A stretch of DNA of 64,000 nt from Dysgonomonas sp. GTDB taxonomy: Bacteria; Bacteroidota; Bacteroidia; Bacteroidales; Dysgonomonadaceae. Shown here in pieces: positions 57,663 through 64,000 of the stretch; within the stretch, counting starts at the first letter, position 1, and the number at the start of each line of letters is the position of its first letter. The stretch is from NCBI GenBank assembly GCA_032477155.1, contig JAWDXK010000021.1, positions 272-64,271 on the forward strand. Direction: 5' to 3'. Under the pieces are notes generated by a model. It was given only the letters and a program-made list of their open reading frames with translations. It was not told the origin of the DNA and did not search any database. The translations under genes were made by a program, and so were the position numbers.

Positions 57663-57700
57663 ATAAACGCCTGATTTTCATTCAAAAAATCAGGCGTTTT
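57663..57700. terminator. Bidirectional terminator
   Basis: aaacgcctgatttt-cattcaa-aaaatcaggcgttt. Confidence 0.75.
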
Positions 57701-57725
57701 GTTATGCATAAAATATCATTGTATT

Positions 57726-58916
57726 TTAATTAGCATATATCAGCCATCTAAAATCACTGCTCTTCGTTGTACAATATTTATCGAATAGCTTATCATACTC
57801 TTTATTTTTTTCAAACTGAGAGGAACGTCTTAACAACCAGCACAATTTCTGTTGGTTCTGCTCCCATTCTTTTATCTGTTGATACGGAAATTCACTTTGT
57901 GGTTTTCCCAGATAAGGTACAATAAATTGTATCGCTTTATTTATCGAACGTCCATCCGCAGAAGTCAATTTATAAATATTTACTCCTGTCGATTTCGCCA
58001 GAGCCGCCATATCCATCATATGATCTATATTGAATATAGAATAATGCATTGCTATTGTCCTTGCCAGTTCAAGGGGCTGACTGCCATCAGGCTCTATCTG
58101 TTTATACATCCGGCTCTCGGCAAAATTATTTATAAACTCCTTTGCTACGTCTTTTCTGTCGGCAAATAAAGCATAGGCGGTAACCTGAATATCGTAGGCT
58201 GTTCCATGATTATTTTTCGAATCTCTTTCATTTTTACCCAGATCGCTTGTCAATAGCCAATCTAGAAAGTCAGAGAACCATGCTTTCAGCCCATTGTAGT
58301 CGTTTTTAGTCATTGCCATAGAATTCGATAATATTGAGATACAATCAGTCATTTCTACAAAGCAATAAGTATCTATTATACCTTCTCCACGCCCTTTATT
58401 ATCATTACGTCCATGTATCATCTGAGCGTAATTGAGATTTGGGTTCATTTTGGTATCCTCATTCAGAAACCAGATGCGAAGAAGTTCAATGGCTTTACGG
58501 GCATACTTTTCTTCACCTGTAAAATAATAGGCATAGGCTAGAGTATTAACGCCCTTCGATAGTTTATCAAGCTTTACTCTATCAAGCTTCTCTATTTCCG
58601 GGTTACGCAAACCATCTCTTCTTATATAGGGTAGCCCATCTGTTTTCGTTGAATCGGGCCACCAATATGGTCCCATACTAACATAATCATGCTTGTCTCC
58701 GCTTCCGGCAATTATATCTTTGAGTGTTACAGGTATTAAATCTTTTTCTAGTTCTTTCTCTGCATTTTTTATTAATGCTTTTTGTGCACTGCTTCCATTT
58801 GGAATATTGTTCAGATTTCTTTTAGCATAGGCCAATTGGTCTGCCGTAATTATTCTTTGAGAAAAAGCTGATAAGCAAATAAATAAGACTGCTGTTATTA
58901 ATAAATATTTTTTCAT
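57726..58916 (-). CDS. Polysaccharide lyase, alginate-lyase domain (PL38-like)
   Basis: SGDKHDYVSMGPYWWPD, GLPYIRRDG, NNHGT, QPLELART, HYSIFN. Signal peptide from MKKYLL at 58916. Confidence 0.85.
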   Translation of the reverse strand: MKKYLLITAVLFICLSAFSQRIITADQLAYAKRNLNNIPNGSSAQKALIKNAEKELEKDLIPVTLKDIIAGSGDKHDYVSMGPYWWPDSTKTDGLPYIRRDGLRNPEIEKLDRVKLDKLSKGVNTLAYAYYFTGEEKYARKAIELLRIWFLNEDTKMNPNLNYAQMIHGRNDNKGRGEGIIDTYCFVEMTDCISILSNSMAMTKNDYNGLKAWFSDFLDWLLTSDLGKNERDSKNNHGTAYDIQVTAYALFADRKDVAKEFINNFAESRMYKQIEPDGSQPLELARTIAMHYSIFNIDHMMDMAALAKSTGVNIYKLTSADGRSINKAIQFIVPYLGKPQSEFPYQQIKEWEQNQQKLCWLLRRSSQFEKNKEYDKLFDKYCTTKSSDFRWLIYAN

Positions 58917-58977
58917 ATCAGGTCTTCGATTATTACCGGCAAAGCACATTAGTGGCTGTGCTTTACCGATATTTATT

Positions 58978-60459
58978 TTATTTTTGGAAGAAACAGTTGA
59001 AAGTCATAGAGGCTTGTCTTTTATTATCTTCAGGTATAACAACCTTAATCACTTCTATAAACCCAACTTCTTCTACTGTTTTACCTTTCGAGTCGAATTT
59101 CTGGAACATAATTACCGAACCTTCTTCGAATGGGTTAGCCGGATTATTATTGTAGTTAAAGCGAGGAGTACTTACACTGGCATTAGATATTCCTGCACTA
59201 CTGATAGTGCTAGCATCTATCTTTCCTAAAGTTCTTTCTCTTGCCATTGTATAGTATGGTCCTTCATTCTTATTATCAGGCCTTAGCACCCTGAATTTTA
59301 CGATATTAGGCATTTTTTCTTTAGGTAGTGCTGTTCCTTCACACGAAAACATTGCTGTAGAATTATCACTATTATTCGGATTATTCAATTGGAAAGTTGC
59401 ATTACCATCACTCCAGTTAATAAAGAAGTAAATATTATTCTTTATAGAAGCATATTGACAAGGAGAATATACTTCGCCTGTTTTCGCATTAAAGAAATTA
59501 TTTATTGTTGTAGGATCCTGAGCGTATATAGTTACACCGCCATAGAAAGTGACATCTGTAGATAACACAGGAACCTTTACCGTAAAATTAGCTTTAGCTA
59601 CCATCTGCTCTTCGCCATTATAAACTAATATCAGGTCTGTTTTTGTCTCGGTCAGGAAGCTTGTAGGAATTGTTAACTTAACCTCTGTTGGAGTTTGCGA
59701 TGTAAATAGAATCTTTTCTCCGGCAAGTATTACATGATCTGCTACATCAAGGTCTGTTCCTGTTATAACAATTTCAGTGTAAATCAATCCCGACTCCGGA
59801 CATGCTGATATTGTAGGTGCAGTTGTCGGACGAAGTATTGTGTATTTGTCTTCACTCTCTATTTTTTCAGTCTCTGTACCACTCAGATATTCGATAATAA
59901 CATTTACCGAAGCTCCTATTGTAGCCTGAGGTACAATAAATTCAATCTCTGAATCAGATACAAATACTTTACTTGCTTCTGCTCCATCTATTGTAATCCT
60001 ATTTACGGACTTAAGATTTTCCCCTGTTATCTTAGCTGTTTCTCCAATCATTAATTTCCCTTCGGTAACAGGTATTATTTCAGTAACAGTTGGTATCACT
60101 ACAGATACCGAAAAGTTATTACTACTTTCCCCTATACCTTTCGGATTCTTCACTTTTATTTTTCCATTTAGTGCATTCGGAGTCACCTCTATCAATAATA
60201 AAGTATTTGACACACGATTTTTCACGCTCACAACTTGGTCTCCGATATAAACAGAATCAACATTAGACAGGTTTGTTCCGGTTAACAATATCTCTGTTCC
60301 GGGAGCTCCCAAAGCAGGAGTAAAAGAAGTTATTGTAGGTTCAGCTACTCCCTGTTTAATATCATTGGTATCAATCTGGCTACTCTCATCGCATGCAACA
60401 AACAAAAACGAGAATAAGATTGACGATATAATGGTTAGGTGATATATATACTTTTTCAT
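58978..60459 (-). CDS. IPT/TIG-domain surface lipoprotein (SGBP-B-like)
   Basis: Lipobox FVAC; three IPT repeats (PTITSFTP..LTGTNL, ITGENL, ITGTDL); directly downstream of susD. Confidence 0.85.
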   Translation of the reverse strand: MKKYIYHLTIISSILFSFLFVACDESSQIDTNDIKQGVAEPTITSFTPALGAPGTEILLTGTNLSNVDSVYIGDQVVSVKNRVSNTLLLIEVTPNALNGKIKVKNPKGIGESSNNFSVSVVIPTVTEIIPVTEGKLMIGETAKITGENLKSVNRITIDGAEASKVFVSDSEIEFIVPQATIGASVNVIIEYLSGTETEKIESEDKYTILRPTTAPTISACPESGLIYTEIVITGTDLDVADHVILAGEKILFTSQTPTEVKLTIPTSFLTETKTDLILVYNGEEQMVAKANFTVKVPVLSTDVTFYGGVTIYAQDPTTINNFFNAKTGEVYSPCQYASIKNNIYFFINWSDGNATFQLNNPNNSDNSTAMFSCEGTALPKEKMPNIVKFRVLRPDNKNEGPYYTMARERTLGKIDASTISSAGISNASVSTPRFNYNNNPANPFEEGSVIMFQKFDSKGKTVEEVGFIEVIKVVIPEDNKRQASMTFNCFFQK

Positions 60460-60477
60460 ACTTTGAAATATTAGATT

Positions 60478-61953
60478 TTAATAACCATAATTTTGAGAGA
60501 TAACAATCTTATTATTAGTGTCTATCTCGCGTTGAGGTATAGGTAATAGTAATTGCCATTCTTTTACAACAAGTTCCGGATTTGGAGCATTTTCTTTATA
60601 TCTGGCATAGAATGCTTTATCTGTATTATAAAACTGATTATTGAGCACTTCCAAAGCTCTTCCTGTACGCACCAGATCAAAGAATCGATGATTTTCGAAT
60701 GCGAATTCAACTCGTCTTTCTTTTTCTATAGCCAGACGGCATGCATCCTGACTGTTAATCATGCTCAGTGGAGGTAAATTACCATGTATATCACGTACTT
60801 CATTTATCAGAGGCAATGCATTAGTGTGTCCTTCTTGTTCATTGATAATTTCTGCCAGCATCAATACAACATCGGCATAGCGCAAAACCGGCCAGTCATT
60901 TTCAGCATCATATGTAGTAGACACTGCCGATATATATTTCTTTACATAATTTTTCACCCATGTTGCATTTCCGAATGTACTTACAGTAACATCTTTTCTC
61001 GCGTCTCCTATTTCGTAAGCATTATTCATAAAGTCGTATGATGGATGATTCCATCCGCTTCCATCTCCATTTACAACACTGCTACCACTGGATGTAGGAG
61101 CAAAACGGTTTGCAAAAGGTGATCCCAATCCATACCCTCCGGCTTTGTACCGCACAGTGAATATGATCTCATCATTCATCTCAGTATTAATCGAAAATAC
61201 CTGATCGTACGGAAGCAAGCGGTGTTTACCACTACCTTTTACTTCAGTAAGCAATGTTTTTGCTTCGCCTAATTTACCCTGAGTAAGATATACTTTTGCT
61301 AATAATGTTTTCGCTGCCAGACGGCTTACCCTTCCCAGGTTGCTATCATCCCATTTTTCAGGTAAAGCTTCAGTATTAGCAACTTTCAGGTCATCTATAA
61401 TCTGCTTGTAAACATCTTCTACAGGCGAACGATCTTTCATTTTAGCTTCTTCCGGCCAAATATTTTCAGTAGTGATAAATAATGGGCCATATAATCTAAC
61501 CAGATTGAAGTAATGATATGCCCTTATAAAGCAGCACTCAGCTTCATACTGTTTTCTTTTAACCTCATCAGAAACAACTGATAGCGACCCCAAAACAGTA
61601 TTTGTTCTTCCAATATTGGCATAAGAATCTATCCAGTAATCGTAAACCCTCGCATGAGTCGGCAACAAGGTAAACATATCTAATTGATTGAACTCAATGT
61701 TTACTGAATTGGTACTGGTAGGAACTCCCTGTACAGCATTGTCGCTACGAAGCTCTGTCATCATCCATTCAGTTTCCATTGGCTTTTGCATTCCGTTGTA
61801 GCAACCCACTACGGCTGCACTTACTTGTTCTTCTGTAGTAAGTTTTTTATCAGGATTCGTTATTTCAGAATCTATATCGATATCCAAAGTTTCGTCGCAA
61901 GAGTAGAAAGAAACAGATATCAACAGACTGAGTATATATATTATTTTTTTCAT
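60478..61953 (-). CDS. SusD/RagB-family lipoprotein
   Basis: Lipobox FYSC, FIRAYHYFNLVRLYG, LLAKVYL, LRYADVVL, ERRVEFAFENHRFFDLVR, PIPQRE. Confidence 0.95.
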   Translation of the reverse strand: MKKIIYILSLLISVSFYSCDETLDIDIDSEITNPDKKLTTEEQVSAAVVGCYNGMQKPMETEWMMTELRSDNAVQGVPTSTNSVNIEFNQLDMFTLLPTHARVYDYWIDSYANIGRTNTVLGSLSVVSDEVKRKQYEAECCFIRAYHYFNLVRLYGPLFITTENIWPEEAKMKDRSPVEDVYKQIIDDLKVANTEALPEKWDDSNLGRVSRLAAKTLLAKVYLTQGKLGEAKTLLTEVKGSGKHRLLPYDQVFSINTEMNDEIIFTVRYKAGGYGLGSPFANRFAPTSSGSSVVNGDGSGWNHPSYDFMNNAYEIGDARKDVTVSTFGNATWVKNYVKKYISAVSTTYDAENDWPVLRYADVVLMLAEIINEQEGHTNALPLINEVRDIHGNLPPLSMINSQDACRLAIEKERRVEFAFENHRFFDLVRTGRALEVLNNQFYNTDKAFYARYKENAPNPELVVKEWQLLLPIPQREIDTNNKIVISQNYGY

Positions 61954-61983
61954 AATTGACTGTGTTTTTAGAGCCTGTTTATA

Positions 61984-64000
61984 TTAGAATGTAATATCAA
62001 TACCTATTGTAAATGTTCTTTGAAGAGGATAGCCACCTCGTTGATAACCATCTACAAGAGGAGAATCGTAAGGGCTTGCGCTATTATATCTCGATTCCGG
62101 ATTGATTCCTTTATAGTCGCTAGCCATTATGTATAATAAGTTCTGAATACCCGAATACACTCTCATACCTTGCAGTCCTAGGTTCTTCTTCACAAATTTA
62201 GCAGGCAACCTGTATCCTAATTGTATATCACGGAAAGCGATATAAGAGCCATCTTCAACTACATAATCTGTCAATATCCTTTGCATACCATTTGTATAAT
62301 ATGGTGTTTTTCCATCACCCGGATGCATCGGAGATACCCATCTGTTTTTGATGAATTCTTTATTGATCTTCAGGAAGTCATTATAGTACTGGTCTCCATT
62401 GATAACATCTACACCTTGAACGCCTTGTATCAGTAACGAGAACTCAAAGCCTTTATATGCCAGCATATTAGTTATACCCCATGTAAAGTCAGGTAGAGGA
62501 GAACCTATAACAACACGGTCTTCTGCATTGACAATGCCATCATTATTTGTATCCACTACTTTCAAACCTCCGGCAGCTGTAGTAACTCTGTAGTCTGTAG
62601 TTTTTTTAGCTTCGGTTATAGCATCTTCCGATAACCATACACCATCTGTTTTGTAACCATAGAATTGTATTGCCTGTTGCCCTACTATGGCAGCATACAC
62701 TTCCTGACGTTCTCCATAATTATATTGAACAGAAGGGCCTCCAAGCGATAGTAGTTTATTTTTGTTTGTAGAGAAGTTGAAAGTTGTTTTCCATTCAAAA
62801 TCTTTATTTACAATGTTCACTGTCGATAATTCTATTTCCAGACCCTTGTTTCTTACCTTTCCTCTGTTACTCCAGTACTCATTATAACCCGGATACGACA
62901 TGGTGCTTTCTTTCAGCAATAATTTGTCTGTAATAGAGTAGTAAAGTTCCAATCCTAATAAAATACGATTTTTAAGCACTCCGAAATCAATTCCGGCGTT
63001 ATATTCATTTGTCCGCTCCCAACTCAAACTCTTATTTCCTAAAGTATAGCTGCTGATAGCAAGGCCTGGCGTTACTGCTCCTGTGCTACCGAAACTATAA
63101 GGTGCAGAGAAGAAAGTATTGGAATAAGCATAACTTGAGACTGTATTCGATCCTGTAGTGTTAGTCGGCAGGTTGTTATTACCTGTTACACCATAAGAGC
63201 CTCTGAGTTTAAGAGCGCTTATCCATTTTATAGGCTTCATAAAAGGCTCTTCCTCAACACGCCATCCGGCAGAAACCGAAGGAAACCAACTCCAACGATG
63301 GCCTTCTGCAAAACGCGAACTTCCATCTGTACGTAAACTTGCCGATAACAGGTATTTATCTTTATATGCATAGTTAATACGGCTTAGATATGATACCAGC
63401 ACATCTGCAACTTTATATGTATATGTACTTTTAGAATCGATATTTACAGGGTAATTCAACGACTTTATCTCATCGGTAGGATAACCTGACCCTATAATTT
63501 GCGAATACTCCTTATTATTTTTTTGATATGTGAAGCCTAGTAAAGCTGATAAGGAATGATCTTTATTTATTGTTGTATTATAGTTCAGCGTGTTCTCTGT
63601 AAGAATATCTGTTGTCAGTGCCGATTTGAAGGTTCCTTGATTAGGCTCACCTTCTTTTTTAGCTCCTGCAGCCAGATAACCCTCATCTTTTGTATAGTTT
63701 ACATATACTCCGTTAGATGTCTTAAATTCCAATCCTTTTATAATCTGATATGTTAAATATCCATTGGTCATTAACCGATATTGGTGATTCTTACGGGTAT
63801 CCCCTTCCATGATCGATTTCGGGTTATTGGTTGTTGACGACCATGGATCAATAGTTCCACCCGACGACCATTCTGTACCATCAGGCATTATTCCTTCATA
63901 AGCTAATCCATTGAAATGGCGCGAATGTGCCCAAGAACCAACAGGTTGTCCTGTAATAGCAGATGTTTCTGCTGTATGTTTTACTGGTAGCCACGAACGG
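61984..64000 (-). CDS. SusC/RagA TonB-dependent transporter, 5'-truncated by window edge
   Basis: RINYAYKDKYLLSASLRTDGSSRF, LKLRGSYGVTGN, LSWERT, YPLQRTFTIGIDITF. Frame is open to 64000. Confidence 0.95.
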   Translation of the reverse strand, partial: RSWLPVKHTAETSAITGQPVGSWAHSRHFNGLAYEGIMPDGTEWSSGGTIDPWSSTTNNPKSIMEGDTRKNHQYRLMTNGYLTYQIIKGLEFKTSNGVYVNYTKDEGYLAAGAKKEGEPNQGTFKSALTTDILTENTLNYNTTINKDHSLSALLGFTYQKNNKEYSQIIGSGYPTDEIKSLNYPVNIDSKSTYTYKVADVLVSYLSRINYAYKDKYLLSASLRTDGSSRFAEGHRWSWFPSVSAGWRVEEEPFMKPIKWISALKLRGSYGVTGNNNLPTNTTGSNTVSSYAYSNTFFSAPYSFGSTGAVTPGLAISSYTLGNKSLSWERTNEYNAGIDFGVLKNRILLGLELYYSITDKLLLKESTMSYPGYNEYWSNRGKVRNKGLEIELSTVNIVNKDFEWKTTFNFSTNKNKLLSLGGPSVQYNYGERQEVYAAIVGQQAIQFYGYKTDGVWLSEDAITEAKKTTDYRVTTAAGGLKVVDTNNDGIVNAEDRVVIGSPLPDFTWGITNMLAYKGFEFSLLIQGVQGVDVINGDQYYNDFLKINKEFIKNRWVSPMHPGDGKTPYYTNGMQRILTDYVVEDGSYIAFRDIQLGYRLPAKFVKKNLGLQGMRVYSGIQNLLYIMASDYKGINPESRYNSASPYDSPLVDGYQRGGYPLQRTFTIGIDITF

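Noticed and set aside
1..64000. CRISPR array, tRNA/rRNA, integrase, IS transposase, tetQ/rteA/rteB
   Set aside because: None recognised. There is no regularly spaced repeat-spacer array and no tyrosine recombinase or transposase motif in the ORFs.

Overview
Bacteroidales DNA, judged from TAnnTTTG -7 promoters, SusC/SusD and Bacteroides-type tra genes. The chromosomal part looks Dysgonomonas-like, which is an inference only. Positions 1 to ~35,900 are the right-hand part of a CTnDOT/CTn341-family conjugative transposon (ICE). It contains leading-region ParB and small ORFs, traA-traQ (no traP), oriT, mobABC, DUF3945 plus topoisomerase III, two HTH excisionase-like genes, a DHFR/RibD-like gene and rteC. 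In place of tetQ-rteA-rteB, rteC is the last gene of a TolC/MFP/ABC exporter operon, next to a LytS/LytTR two-component system and a beta-barrel gene. The non-coding DNA suggests a readable regulatory cascade: (1) twin 21-bp-period LytTR-type boxes; (2) a candidate RteC inverted repeat; (3) a 27-bp activator-like motif at three promoters, one inside traD; (4) a ~100-nt sRNA that is a perfect 20-nt antisense to the topoisomerase start and 22/23-nt antisense to the traE leader. A low-GC NDT/TIR-like + wHTH gene ending in the SSB-like tail DDLPF is a candidate defence cargo. From ~36,000 onward is AT-richer chromosome: a TPR regulator, a WGR-ankyrin-propeller protein, the ychF cluster, AraC regulators, an aldo-keto reductase, an orphan immunity-like gene, a uxaB pseudogene, rhaR-rhaBATD, a Crp/SDR pair and the 3' end of a PUL with a PL38/alginate-lyase-like enzyme. 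All family calls come from motif recognition by eye, not database searches. No rRNA, tRNA, CRISPR array or integrase was seen.
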